Shown here: piece by piece, positions 54,901 to 64,000 of the stretch
Layout of the letters: each line of letters begins with the position of its first letter
Position numbering within the stretch: the first letter of the stretch is position 1
Assembly: GCA_002633005.1 (NCBI GenBank)
Contig: NMRA01000171.1
Coordinates: 711,093-775,092, forward strand
DNA from: Phoronis australis
Taxonomy: Eukaryota; Animalia; Phoronida
Length of the DNA: 64,000 bases
Direction of reading: 5' to 3'
The notes under the pieces: generated by a model
Seen by the model: the letters and a program-made list of their open reading frames with translations, nothing else
What the model was told of the DNA's origin: nothing
Database searches by the model: none
Program-made: the position numbers and the translations under genes

Positions 54901-57900
54901 CCAGTCAACCATTGATGTTGGCAAAGTGTTTTGAACTTGTCTTACCTTTAAGTTTCAAGGTTTAGTTCATTACTCAAAGCAAAATTGTGGTAATCAGATA
55001 CATGGCCGGAATGATGGGTACTTGATTTTAGAGCCAGTTACTCCCAATGAATTACGCCCGTTATTCAGTGGTAGTAACTGGTTCTCAAATGAATTTTGAG
55101 TCACGAGTGAGCCCAGTGAATCACCCCCATCTGATAAGCACCATGCAGTGCTGCATTAGTAAAGCTCTTAGGTGAGGCAATAGGACATAATTGATAATGA
55201 CCACAATTTCATCCTCCATGACTGATATAGTTTTGTTATATTTATTGTAGTGCTACCTGAATCTCACCTCTCTACTTACTACAGTTATAAAAAAGCGGAC
55301 TCTATTGTTTTTGATTTCATGACTTTGATTTTTCTTTTATTGATCTGAAATTGTATTTTAAGTATTTATTTGGTTTAACACACTTAGGATTTTTAATCCC
55401 TCTGATTAAAAATGTGCAGAAAATCAGAGGATGAGTCTGGAGTCAGGCTGTTAAATTTGTTGAAAATGTAGGTGTGGACAAGTACACAGTTGTAGGCAGT
55501 TAATATGTGTAGATACCTTAAATGTATTTTTGTATTCATCCATTTTTTCCATTTTAGAAAGTTGTTGACTTGCATGAGAAAGTAAGTCAAGCGGGGATGC
55601 CGAAAAGTCTGCACCTGGCGGTCCCTATTGTGTCTGTGACCGTAGAGAGAAATGTCAGTGGTGCTGTCGGATTAGGCATGGCACCAGTAATCGCAGCATC
55701 TTTGGTGCTACCATCAGAGACCGTAGAGAGGGAGACATTCCACCTTGCGAAATCCCATCGGACGGCCACTGGCGGACCTTACAGACGTCTAGCAAGGGTG
55801 TGTGCAATAAATAAATGTGGCAAGATATAACGGCTCCCGTCGGTAAAAAAGCAATGGTGCTTTTTGCACTGCCTACGGTTGCAGCAACAGTTAATTGAAA
55901 ATTCGTGACTTATGCTTTTTGTGCTTCCTCAATGATTAAGATAGGTGATGTTCATGATTGAAAAAGAGGATATTTCTGCGTGAAACTGTTGCCAGTCATT
56001 CAGTGATGGAGTGGGTGATTTGAACTTTTAAGTTCATTAAAATGTCTTTACTGTTTCCTGCATTTGATTGCTTATATAGAAACTTATCGTAAATTGTTTG
56101 CATGATTTTGAGGGGCGCGTCCCGTTTTTGCTCCTATCTCTTCTTCAGCAGATCCATTTGATGTTTATTACATCCCTGACCCCCCTGGACAAAATCCCAC
56201 AGGTTCGGTACCTGCCCACCCTCCAATAACCTACTTCCATCTGCTCAGCTCTTATTATGTAGTCTCCCTCTTGCTTATGATGTATTTTTTTGTAATTTAT
56301 ATTTCGTTTGCTGCCCAATTTTTTTTCTTGATTTACTCTATATTTTGCCTATTTGTATTTTTCCATTACAGTGCTCGTATTTTTGTTTTCAATATTTTGA
56401 ACAAAGACACTTCACTGACAATTTTTTTTAATTTGACAAACTAAGATCGACCATAGTCAATGTCTTGCGTACTTCGTCGGCGCACACACACCCGCTAGGT
56501 GTCGCCAAGGCCCATGACACAGTAATGGCAGCGGCCATATACTGAATAGTCTTGTAAACGTCTTTGCCTGGGTTAGGTATATGTGACATGTTGTTGAGTT
56601 AGGTGGTTACAATATCCCCTTATCATCTTTCGCGGGTTATACGCGACATCTGTTGTTGAGAGATGGGCGCAAAGAAAGAGGATAAGACAACGACGACACG
56701 TGGCGCAAGCAAAATAAGGTAATCAACCTTTTGTTCTAATTCAGTGCGCAGCATAATCCTTATGTTGTTTCCGCTCTGGATCAGCTGAACTCTACAAACA
56801 CAACGTATTCAACGTCTTTTTAGTATCAGAACATCCGGGTGGTGGACGGTGCCACGCCCTAACCTACTTGATGACGTCAGTAGTCACGTGATTTCCAATT
56901 CGACCTCGTCTTCCTTTCGGTTTACCGACGTCTTCCTGTTACACGCATGACCTTGACCTTGGATCGAGATCCCTCTCTATTACCTAATGAGGTCTGACGT
57001 CAATGTCACTTCCGTCCAGTAGGCAGATGATGTCCCTTTCGGTTGCACCCATCACACGTGAATTAGTATTTTTAATTTTCTGTCTATGACCTTTGACCGA
57101 GGTCGCGCTCAAACGGGGCGCGAAAATGACTTACTATACTATTCAACACTGTAGAGTTTCCAACCGTCGACTTAAACGCTGTGCCATTCAGCAGCTGACG
57201 TCATCGTAGACGTACGTGAACATGCGCGTACTGGAGGGTGGTCTCGGGGGCTCGAACGAGCCCCCATTTGACCAAGTTGCCAAAAGGTCCGCCTCAGAGA
57301 AACAAAAACTCCGAAAAAAGTAGAAAACGAGACATAAGTCCATTAAAAAGGCAGGAACTACCAAAATTCGATGAATGTTCAATTCATAGCTCTGAACGTA
57401 CCCCGTAAATCTTCGTAAAAGGTCCACATTCTCAAAAAATCGAGCCACCCCGTTTTTTAGGCTGGGTACAAAGTACTAAATCAGGACACGCAATAATCGC
57501 ATGTTCAACAAAACCGCATTGTACAGACATTTATACGCTATGAAAAATAAGACGCACAATTTCAATAAAAACAACATCTTTAATTCAGTAAAATTTATCT
57601 GCCATTTTCTCTCACTTGTAAATCGTCGATCTCGGCGTGTATTACTGTATGTCGTCAGGGTCATTTGACTGTCCGCGTGTATTACTGTATGTCGTCTGGG
57701 TCATTTGACTGTCCGCGTGTATTACTGTATGTCGTCTGTGTCATTTGACTTGGACATTATACTCAGTAACTAGTGGTAACCATTACTTTAGCAGACGAAA
57801 TTTTCACGGAGGGAGCTTAGCGTGAGCTGGTGTAGTAAATGTTGCTTAAAGCTTCTTTTATCAATTCACTTTTTTCTGTTTTGTTTAAATTTTCATTTGG

Positions 57901-60900
57901 TTTTGAGTAAAAGCATTATTTTAACAAGAATAACTCGACGTTTTTAAAAGGTCACCGGCGACCTCCGTCCCCGGGCCTCTGACATAGAAAGTAGTTACAA
58001 AGCCGAGGCGAGTCGAGAAAGGTAGATCGATTCATTGCAATGCTTATCGTTCAGGATGTGGTATAGATTATTACATGTTCCAAATCGTTATCCCCCCTAT
58101 CTAGAGCCTTCGTGGATTTTGTAGAATTATCGCCCACGGGGATAATACCCCTCAGGCGCCTATTTTATAATTCTCCAAAATCCGCTCGGGCTCTAGATTA
58201 CGGGGAATGACGATTTCGCCATGTAGGCAATCTTTCTAACATGACTGGTTAATAACACCGAGTACGTATTTTTTGATATTACATGGGCGAATCACAAAGT
58301 AGTGCAAAGTAGACATTCACACGCCTTACATTTTATCGTCTGCAAAACACTAAAACAACCAAACGCGGGCCAACCAAACAAGGCCGAGAAGGTCACAAGG
58401 TTACGATTGACAAATCGGGTGTTGCAACTGTACGTACTCCCAGTCGGAAGGACATGCAAACAACTTCTTAAAGCACCCATCTTCGGCGGCGAATTCCATA
58501 TCCACGTTCGTTCAAACGGAGACGAGCCCCAACTCAAGAAACGCGACGAGACTGTCTAGTTGGGCTGTCTCTTGGTCAACTCAGTGCTCACGTGCGGGGA
58601 AGCCTTGCTGACTTATTTATAAACATTTTCAAGTTTTAATATTACAAGTTCAAAGACTTTTTATTAGAGTGTAACTTGAACATTTGCTACGAAAGCTGAA
58701 TACAATTTACTAGTGTTGAGCTTAAAATAAAGCTATTATCGAAAGGTAACTTTACATTGCGCAAGCGTGTTTTTACAAAAGTTGCGTCATGTGGTTGAAA
58801 GTTTTGGACACGTCGAGTTTTTCGGCAAAAAGATCGTTTTTGCGGCTCATGTGAGAAAACAAATCCTACACTCGTCTCAGATTTATGACATGGGCAAAAC
58901 CTCTAGGAAATTTCGTCAAAATCCTGAGACTCGTGTATGACTCTTTGTCTATTGATACTTAATTACGTCAGTTTTGAGTGTCCGTTTTCTATTCGAAAGG
59001 TTTTCTTCGGCGGCATCTTTACCTCGCGTAGTTTCGTCTGCTATTTCTGTAAGTGGCTCGCAATTGATCATAGAACCGCAATCAAGTGTCTCCACAGCTT
59101 GAATCGCGATTTCACAGTATTTTAGAGTTTTTTTTGTATTGTTCGTTTGTTTTAATCGGTTGTTTTGAAACTCGGGTACGTAATTATTCCCAAGGTAAGA
59201 CAACGTATAAGGCGTAACTGCCGACACAATTTTGATGCGCCAGCGTACTCGGGATGAGAAAACTGTGAGTCTATGAATTGTTTAAGCCCATGACGCGGGG
59301 CGCGGTTCTAAAAACATTTCTACACATCACCTGATTGTTGAGGCATTACTGAATGACACCCTGGGCTCTACTGAGCCCACACTTTGGGGATCATGAGTTT
59401 TGATCATTTGTGCAGTTACTGGTGCTGACTGTTTTCATTTACTCTTGATTAGTAAGTGTCCCTTTTATGGACTTCTATTTCCTTACTGACGATGGATAAT
59501 GTATATAAGTAAATGCAATGTGTAGTCAGCAGTCGTTCTCAGTTTCAGACTGTACACTTGTCATCGCATTACACTTGTAATAACAAATTAACAAACAAAC
59601 GTTATTGTATGCTTTCTCAAAGCTCGTTTTTACGGAAGCCCAATAGTGTCATTTTGAAGTAAAGAAAATATTTTATTATCTAGCGGCCGCCACATAATTA
59701 TTTGGCGTCTTCCAATAATTATCTTGCGGCCGCCACATAATTATCATATTCCGGTTCACTTCGAAATGGCACCATTGGGCTTCCGTACTTTTTAAATGCA
59801 ACTGTAACGGCACTTATCAGGGTAGTCAATTCAGGTGTCGGAAGTACAGTCAGGAATTGTATTTTCGGCTTTATTGCTCGCTGGAGGTTGGAACGAGTTC
59901 ACATGCCAACTTATGATCATTGAGACAGCCAGCTTATGTTTTCGTAAGAACAAAGCTTTTGATATAATTCTCCTTAGTGTGAAAACGTATTTTGATGGGG
60001 ACTTGTTGTCTTTAAAAACTGGCGAATGTTTATTGAAAATCTCCAGTTCTTCCCAAGCACGTAAATCACTTATAATACGAGTAAGGAAGGCTAGCTTCAT
60101 TGCGGTAAGTAGGCTGAATCCAAAGTACGTTTTTTCACACAAGGCGGTTTATAGCAGATTTAAACCAAAGCCTTTACTTATAGGCTACCTTCGATGTGAG
60201 TTTTTAAGTTTTATGTAACTGAAACATCCCCACCGGCGTTTTCTGTAGTCAACTCTGGGACATATTTTCGAAAAATATCAGTCTATGGACCAAAAGTCAA
60301 ATCCAAATGTAGGCCAGCGTGTACACTTGGAAGTGGTCAATTAAGGCCTAGCTCGCTCGGATGTATACTAACTGAAGCTGGCGCACAAATTGAAATCAAT
60401 GAAATCAATGCACAACAATGTCGGCGTGATTGTCTCCACAGGTATGTTTATTGTTGAAAAAATTACGGTACTTGCGGTTTCGGTGTCCATTTGTGTGAAA
60501 CTGGGGAAATCAGTAATTAGGATTCATACATATCTTATTCTCTTTCAATATTCGGTCAGTCTCGGATATGCATCTATGCCTATTTCAAAATTGATATTAG
60601 ACTTTTCCTTATCACATGGGCGGCGCACCACTAAAAAAAGTGGGGGCTAAAGCCCCCTCAGCCACCCTGTTGGGCACCGCCTATAGACCATGTGCGGCGT
60701 AGCACTGAAAAAAATGGAGGGCTATAGCCCCCAGCCCCCCATGGTGCGCCGCCCATGTATCTATACACATTTCACAAAGTGCAACTTTTCCAAAGACATG
60801 ACATCGAGAATGGCACGTTTTGAATGTTGTTTCAGAAAATACAAACATGGGTTAAGAGCTAGCTGTGATTGATTAATCAAGATGAAGACGACACTTTAAT

Positions 60901-61469
60901 TAGTGGTAGAAGTGATCAGTGTTATATGTGTCTACAGTACGTGTACTGGAGAATAATTATCAACAAAAACAACGGAGTAATTGGATTTGAAACGCAAAAC
61001 AGGCAAATGTAGATGAAGAAATGGACATTCTTTTAAAATTTAAGGTGGGAAATCTGTTTCGTTAACTGCACTTTATTACAAATATAAACCAATTATTACG
61101 GATTACACTTTCTATAACGTTTACAAATAGGTAGAGTTGCCGGAATAAAAACAAACCCCAACGAATCCTCTACCATGAACGCTTCGCAAATACTTTCATA
61201 GACAGACTGGAGTCAGAATTTTGAATTTTCACACAGCAGCTTGAGTTCACTTACTTGAAAGTGTATCCGGCAACCATCCCTTGTCTTTGCGCTGCTTCTA
61301 CTGCAAGACTGGCCGCAGCAGCCGTCGTGTTAAAACTATTTGGACCAGTTGATGGTATAAGCAAGCCAATCTTGATTTCTTTAGAAGACACTTGAGTAAC
61401 TAAAAGCAAAATCTCCAAAATCACATGACACAATTTACCCGTCATACAGCACAGTTTTCCGCTACCCAT
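1971..61469 (-). CDS. Receptor (membrane) guanylyl cyclase, natriuretic-peptide-receptor-like; 23 coding exons, ~3168 nt CDS / ~1055 aa
   Basis: Manually joined exons keep reading phase throughout. Recognisable motifs in order: signal peptide, [45 protein letters not shown] helix, [86 protein letters not shown]. Confidence 0.95.
2292..2383 (-). CDS. rGC exon 22
   Basis: tatag|[31 protein letters not shown]|gtacga. Confidence 0.93.
2768..2851 (-). CDS. rGC exon 21 (cyclase signature)
   Basis: ggcag|[29 protein letters not shown]|gtaggt. Confidence 0.96.
4376..4562 (-). CDS. rGC exon 20 (cyclase domain part 2)
   Basis: ttctattaa|[63 protein letters not shown]|gtatag. Confidence 0.93.
6261..6453 (-). 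CDS. rGC exon 19 (cyclase domain part 1); non-canonical donor
   Basis: tgcag|[65 protein letters not shown], followed by ATGAGT instead of GTGAGT. Confidence 0.93.
7534..7768. mobile_element. MITE with ~30-bp imperfect TIRs
   Basis: GGGACAAGTTCCAAGAAAACTGACTTAGTTAA ... TTAACTTAAGTCAGTTTCTTGAAACGTGCCC. Confidence 0.65.
7797..7934 (-). CDS. rGC exon 18 (dimerisation coiled coil)
   Basis: tttag|[48 protein letters not shown]|gtaagt. Confidence 0.95.
8470..8535. repeat. 16-bp tandem repeat TTAGTCTTAATTAACT x4
   Basis: Directly visible; followed by TTTCATGAAACGGACCCCTG, a MITE-like end. Confidence 0.9.
8635..8821 (-). CDS. rGC exon 17 (KHD C-terminus)
   Basis: attag|[15 protein letters not shown]...[33 protein letters not shown]|gtaaca. 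Confidence 0.93.
9500..9965 (+). mobile_element. Probable LINE 3' end with (ATT)n tail
   Basis: T-rich tract, TAGCC-TTT-GGCTA hairpin (9761-9773), AATAAA at ~9812 directly followed by ~145 bp of (TTA)n. Confidence 0.4.
9820..9965. repeat. (TTA)n microsatellite
   Basis: Directly visible. Confidence 0.97.
10300..10660 (-). mobile_element. LINE ORF2 C-terminal fragment and 3' end
   Basis: [17 protein letters not shown] resembles the H.LL.CP.Y...R..LF zinc-knuckle tail; followed by a T-rich 3'UTR-like sequence. Confidence 0.55.
10660..11105. mobile_element. Foldback-type MITE with long TIRs and ~22-bp internal subrepeats
   Basis: CATTTTAGTTAAATTACTTTTTT...GGTGGAAATAATTT mirrored by AATTATTTACACCTAGG...AAAAAAGTAATTTACCTAAAATG; repeated GGTGGAAATA units that flip orientation mid-element. 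Confidence 0.7.
12569..12712 (-). CDS. rGC exon 16 (KHD)
   Basis: ttcag|[49 protein letters not shown]|gtatat. Confidence 0.93.
14589..15265 (+). mobile_element. Possible HINE/DINE-like non-autonomous element (second family)
   Basis: T-run followed by hairpin CTTGGCGGAATTC-TTC-GAATTCCGACAAG; recurring AAGATGGCGG/CCGGAAGT core motifs; 3' end uncertain. Confidence 0.4.
15973..16126 (-). CDS. rGC exon 15 (KHD catalytic-loop equivalent)
   Basis: cacag|[52 protein letters not shown]|gtaggc. Confidence 0.95.
16384..16505. repeat. (CTG/CTA/GTG)n degenerate trinucleotide microsatellite
   Basis: Directly visible; explains the poly-Leu and poly-Ser ORFs. Confidence 0.92.
16963..17034 (-). CDS. rGC exon 14 (KHD)
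   Basis: ttcag|[24 protein letters not shown]|gtaaga. Confidence 0.93.
17308..17412 (-). CDS. rGC exon 13 (KHD)
   Basis: gccag|[35 protein letters not shown]|gtaaga. Confidence 0.93.
18236..18421 (-). CDS. rGC exon 12 (Ser-rich region, start of kinase-homology domain)
   Basis: ttaag|[62 protein letters not shown]|gtgaga. Confidence 0.88.
18851..19069. other. Assembly gap (219 N)
   Basis: N run, flanked by poly-G and a MITE end (AATCCGCCACTG). Confidence 0.99.
20718..20796 (-). CDS. rGC exon 11
   Basis: catag|[27 protein letters not shown]|gtaatt; typical post-TM E.EL...W motif. Confidence 0.88.
22329..22416 (-). CDS. rGC exon 10 (transmembrane helix)
   Basis: ttcag|[31 protein letters not shown]|gtaagt; hydrophobic stretch, phases fit. 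Confidence 0.9.
22821..22923 (-). CDS. rGC exon 9 (juxtamembrane Cys motif)
   Basis: gacag|[35 protein letters not shown]|gtaagt. Confidence 0.92.
23513..23640 (-). CDS. rGC exon 8
   Basis: tttag|[43 protein letters not shown]|gtgggg; an in-frame donor 6 nt earlier is also possible. Confidence 0.9.
23845..23999 (+). mobile_element. MITE CAGTGGCGGAT...ATCCGCCCCTG with 5-bp TSD (ATTAC)
   Basis: TIRs and perfect ATTAC duplication visible; homologous to 30789-30950 and 63927-64000. Confidence 0.88.
25065..25330 (-). mobile_element. LINE (L1/Tx1-like) APE endonuclease fragment
   Basis: CLQDTNF...[10 protein letters not shown]...[26 protein letters not shown] matches the CLQET / GVAIL / GR.LIL / NIYGPN pattern. 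Confidence 0.7.
26030..26880 (+). pseudogene. Tyrosine recombinase relic of a DIRS/Ngaro-like retroelement
   Basis: [25 protein letters not shown] (N-terminal SAM-like part), [11 protein letters not shown]..., [18 protein letters not shown]...QRVGR (HSxRxG box); frameshifted and C-rich. Confidence 0.75.
27131..27822 (+). mobile_element. Probable solo LTR
   Basis: TGTAAC...ATTACA ends, TATAAA at ~27305, AATAAA at ~27684; TSD not intact. Confidence 0.55.
28056..28700 (+). mobile_element. Solo LTR (Gypsy-like), 4-bp TSD CTAT
   Basis: TGTAAC...GTTACA perfect terminal IR, CTAT on both flanks, TATAAA ~28510, AATAAA ~28593. Confidence 0.85.
28877..29557 (+). mobile_element. LTR-like element, family shared with 32507-33223
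   Basis: TGTCA...TGGCA ends; colinear similarity to 32507-33223 (CTATAAATA..CAAGCACGGGTTTGTG; GCACCGAAAGCTATTAGCACC). Confidence 0.75.
30789..30950 (+). mobile_element. Second copy of the same MITE, TSD GAACA
   Basis: Shares CTGACGGGCAAAATCCTGGCTAAT core; GAACA on both flanks. Confidence 0.85.
31782..35700 (+). mobile_element. Tandem array of Helentron-associated (HINE/DINE-1-like) elements
   Basis: 5' T-run plus ACTCTGCGCGTGTAAGCGCAGAGT (x3, 65-bp period), TTC/TTA microsatellite, ~432-bp core units, 3' subTIR CACGCGCAGAGT, hairpin ATTATTGTCACG-C-CGTGACAATAAT, CTAG ends at 33878 and 34899; third unit truncated. Confidence 0.82.
32507..33223 (+). mobile_element. Solo-LTR-like insertion nested in HINE, 5-bp TSD ATGGG/ATAGG
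   Basis: TGTCA...TGACA ends; empty-site sequence CATGGGCTTTGC is present in sister repeat units (~35432, ~46498). Confidence 0.85.
36813..36951 (-). CDS. rGC exon 7
   Basis: tttag|[47 protein letters not shown]|gtaaga. Confidence 0.92.
37432..37545 (-). CDS. rGC exon 6
   Basis: ttcag|[38 protein letters not shown]|gtatgt. Confidence 0.88.
37790..37977 (-). CDS. rGC exon 5
   Basis: tgcag|[31 protein letters not shown]...[21 protein letters not shown]|gtaagc. Confidence 0.92.
38356..39253 (+). mobile_element. Unclassified ~900-bp element with long palindromes at both ends and an internal tRNA-like segment
   Basis: Palindromes at 38356-38483 and 39136-39253; inverted homologous copy at ~57190-58225. 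Confidence 0.75.
39030..39100 (+). ncRNA. tRNA-derived (Pol III A/B box) sequence, not an intact tRNA
   Basis: A box TGGTGCAGTGG 39039-39049, B box GGTTCGACTCC 39082-39092; acceptor stem does not pair. Confidence 0.55.
39631..39825 (-). CDS. rGC exon 4 (alternative in-frame start at 39804)
   Basis: [17 protein letters not shown]...[12 protein letters not shown]|gtacgt; two in-frame AG acceptors 21 nt apart. Confidence 0.85.
41382..41585 (-). CDS. rGC exon 3
   Basis: tgtag|[37 protein letters not shown]...[15 protein letters not shown]|gtaagt; not in the ORF track. Confidence 0.9.
45371..47150 (+). mobile_element. Full-length copy of the same HINE/DINE-like element
   Basis: Same 5' subTIR/IR (x2), microsatellite, ~3.5 core units (TGCACCGGA at ~45670, 46103, 46536, 46967), 3' subTIR, hairpin and CTAA end in T-rich context. 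Confidence 0.85.
48460..49303 (+). mobile_element. Possible solo LTR (BEL/Gypsy-like)
   Basis: TGTT...AACA ends, TATAAATA ~48792, AATAAA ~49235, internal ATCGT microrepeats; no clear TSD. Confidence 0.35.
51727..51833 (-). CDS. rGC exon 2
   Basis: tgcag|[37 protein letters not shown]|gtgagt; phases 2 to 1 match neighbours. Confidence 0.9.
52540..54320 (+). pseudogene. Decayed protein-primed family-B DNA polymerase (Polinton/Maverick-like) with internal nuclease domain
   Basis: Frameshifted motifs in order: [17 protein letters not shown] (motif A), VDGF...[11 protein letters not shown] (nuclease), [30 protein letters not shown] (motif B), [24 protein letters not shown] (motif C), KLEFEG...ALCSKTYY. 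Confidence 0.88.
54505..56040 (+). repeat. Local direct duplication (~54505-54960 vs ~55714-56040) of an unclassified repeat
   Basis: CAGAGACCGTAGAGAGGGAGAC.TT.CACCT.GCGAAATCC.AT.GGACGGCCACTGGCGG occurs twice with colinear downstream sequence. Confidence 0.7.
57190..58225 (-). mobile_element. Inverted partial copy of the palindrome-ended element (interrupted by a small MITE at ~57225-57470)
   Basis: Reverse-complement match, e.g. CCCGGGCCTCTGACATAGAA..TAGTTACAAAGCCGAGGCGA.TCGAGAAAGGTAGATCGATTCATTGCAATG. Confidence 0.8.
57636..57750. repeat. 40-bp tandem repeat x3
   Basis: CGTGTATTACTGTATGTCGTC.GGGTCATTTGACTGTCCG repeated; a single homologous unit occurs inverted at ~38800-38835. Confidence 0.92.
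60615..60757. mobile_element. Dimeric mini-MITE with 16-bp perfect outer TIR
   Basis: CATGGGCGGCGCACCA...TGGTGCGCCGCCCATG; two ~70-bp similar halves; flanks TATCA/TATCT. Confidence 0.75.
61255..61469 (-). CDS. rGC exon 1 (start, signal peptide, ectodomain N-terminus)
   Basis: MGSGKLCC...[26 protein letters not shown]...AGYTFK; donor AA|GTAAGT, phase 2. Confidence 0.88.
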
Positions 61470-61520
61470 GCCTAAAGAAGACTGAGCAGCAAGTGCAATG
61501 CGACGAGCACTAAACGCGCC

Positions 61521-61527
61521 TTAAATA
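61521..61527 (-). promoter_or_regulatory. Candidate TATA-like box (TATTTAA) of the rGC gene
   Basis: TATTTAA on the minus strand ~52 nt upstream of the ATG, in a GC-richer context; position only, no transcript data. Confidence 0.35.
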
Positions 61528-63926
61528 GCTTGGAAGTCTCAGGTGCTTTAATGAGTGTGTTGACACCGCAGGTTGGCAATAAGAAGAGTTACATGACTAA
61601 TTGTATACATCAAATTTGCACGATTCCTCAAACAATTAAGTATGTCGTGTCTATGCAGACGTCTACATTTTTGTTTGCTTGCTTTCACCAGTGAATTTCC
61701 AGTCCCGGCTCTACGTTTATACTGCATTTTCTTTCTTATATCACGTCACCGTTGGATCTATTTGATCCTGCAGAGGGTTCATTTGACACAAAAATGACAA
61801 AAGACGAGATATCACTCTATAAATGCTCGTATTTTGACACGTGCGTTTGTTTCATCATTTTTTGCCCCGATGTTTTTAAGGCCCATACGTCTAGGCTTCA
61901 CTTCAGGTTGCGTAGGACCTTATTTGCAAGTGTTTGTATTTCGCTTAATAGCTACAAAACTTTGGCTTTTAATCCCATAAAAGTAAGCTGTCCTGCCTTG
62001 TTCTCACTTCACAACCAAGATATTAATACCACGTGGTTTCTAAGATGGTACACCGACATTGAATGTTTTGTATTGTGTCGAAAATAAATGGAATTATTTA
62101 TCACTTCTAAAAAATATTTTGTCCGTGAAGATAACATGTACAAGTACCCTGTGATTTCGTTGAATGTTTTGTACCATATCGGCAACAAGTAGGCCTATTT
62201 ATTAGTCCTAAAAATAATACTTTAGCCACGAAGATAACCTAGCACTAGTTTTATGGCTAGCAGGATTGCTTGACAAACCATCAGCTTCGTGGCCAGCGGG
62301 ACTATTTGGCCGGCATTTTGTAAAGGTAGGCTACATTCACGCCATTTCCATTCCAATAGAACAAATTCATTCTAGGAAGAATCTCGCGGGACAAGATGTT
62401 TGTGGTGTCTGAATTTGGCGAACCTTTGAAGTTTACCTTTTCACTGTTGTCCGAATTTGGGGAGCTAAATCTTTTCAAAAATTTTTAAAAGTATGGCATT
62501 GCATGATCATGATGGCGAGAGAATCGTTTGTAGACAAGAAATAATGTGAATTTTCGCCATTCGCGGAAGAGAACACTAATGTTATCTACACTTAAATCTT
62601 AGCAAGTGCTGAGCACATTCGTGTTTCTCAAGCCTAGAGATGAAGGATACCGGGCTGGCTTGTGTTACAGGCGGAGGAACAAAGCTTTTTGCTGACGTTT
62701 AAAACACCTCACAGAACGCTTGGTGCAAAAATGCGTGCGGGATTGTCTGCGAAACGAAGCAAAAGTTCATCAGGACACGTTTATTTCCATATTACTGCAA
62801 GTTAATTGCAACATGAACACGAATGAACAACTATACAAAATAAATTACAAAGACAATGCCAGGTAATGATAACAAAATGACTTGTTTCTCATCCACTCGT
62901 AATCGTCGGTTCTTCAGTCGATCTGGTGGTCGTCGTCTGCCAATGAACAGTTGAAAGAGCGTGGCGGGTCTCAGACTGGAATCACTGTCGTTCTACATCT
63001 AAGGCCTACGATCGGAACTACATGCACTAGTTGGATCGGGATGCATGGAGTCGTACAGTGCGCGGCTGAAGACGCGATAAAACTGAAGAAAACTGTCTAG
63101 CGCGGCGCGGTCTAGAAAGCGAATGCAATTTCAAATTCTACGAACACCAAAACTCACCCAACCATTTTTGATAAGCTAAACCTTTCTCCCCCAGCACAGC
63201 CTTTTGGAAGTCTAATGTTAACTCATCATAACTTATGTTCATCTTTGTGTACAGACCGGTGATACGTACTTCGGCGCGACTAGAAATACTCAACTTATAT
63301 GTAAGAATGAAGTAAATTGTCCTTCTGATATTCATGATTGTTTAAGAAAACAGAGAAACGCCAGCGTTTTGTGGTTGGGTACCCCTCGAATTGTATGAAA
63401 GAATCTGTCGTAAACAAAATGGTGAAACCGCGCGTCTGTTTTTCTATTCCATGGGGTTTCCTTTACTGGTGTTCCAAACAATTTTATTAGGCGATTATTT
63501 CTCTCGTTAACAAACGGTGATACACGTCGTAGGCGAACACATATCCTTAGTCTAAACAAAGTGAAAATAATTTTCTGCTAATTTTTAGACAGCGAATAAG
63601 GGACTGTTATTTGCAAGCAGGGAGACAAAGTGAGAATAATCCTAAGCTGCGTTTTTATTATCAATTCAAATATTTTGATACCCCTTGCACAAATTACGTT
63701 TTCCTTGTTTCAGCCACAGTCTCATGTTTGAAGTCAGTAGGCAGGCACTTGAATTTGGAAACGAGACACTATTGGCAGGCCTGAGCCTAGTGTCTCGTTT
63801 GCTCGGACTAGGTTTCGTTTTTTTTTTAGTCCTCGTTGATTTTTTTCAGTAAAAGGTTCGCATATCGAAGAATTCGAGTCCCCCCATATCTTAGCGCGCA
63901 TGTTGTCCACCATGAAATGGCTATTT

Positions 63927-64000
63927 CAGGGGCGGATCCAGGATTTTGAGTGGGGGGGGTAGCACAGAGCATTAGCCAGGATTTTGCCCGACAGACATTC
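63927..64000 (-). mobile_element. Third copy of the same MITE (inverted, cut by window edge)
   Basis: CAGGGGCGGATCCAGGATTTT...ATTAGCCAGGATTTTGCCCG is the reverse complement of the 23930-23999 segment. Confidence 0.85.

Noticed and set aside
59831-60218. Overlapping ORFs, one faintly like a Tx1/L1 post-RT region (GFGL...[11 protein letters not shown])
   Set aside because: Similarity too weak to support by eye; needs a profile search.

Overview
AT-rich animal genomic DNA, probably an invertebrate (inferred from repeat content and gene architecture). One complete multi-exon gene fills almost the whole window on the minus strand (61469 to 1971): a single-pass receptor guanylyl cyclase of the NPR/GC-A-like class. 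I assembled it by eye into 23 phase-compatible coding exons, about 1055 aa. The domain order is signal peptide, ANF-receptor ectodomain, TM helix, kinase-homology domain, coiled coil and cyclase domain. Every intron is GT-AG except intron 19, inside the catalytic YK|VETIGD motif, which reads AT...AA at the conserved position (a weak, shifted GT-AG reading is also possible). The protein lacks both cysteines of the first ectodomain disulfide and the KHD VAIK lysine. The introns contain a decayed Polinton/Maverick-type pPolB with an internal nuclease domain, a DIRS/Ngaro-type tyrosine recombinase relic, LINE fragments and a cluster of solo LTRs. They also hold Helentron-associated (HINE/DINE-like) elements with ~432-bp tandem cores, several MITEs, and an unclassified element with long palindromes at both ends and a tRNA-like segment. 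All calls were made by eye; no database searches were run.
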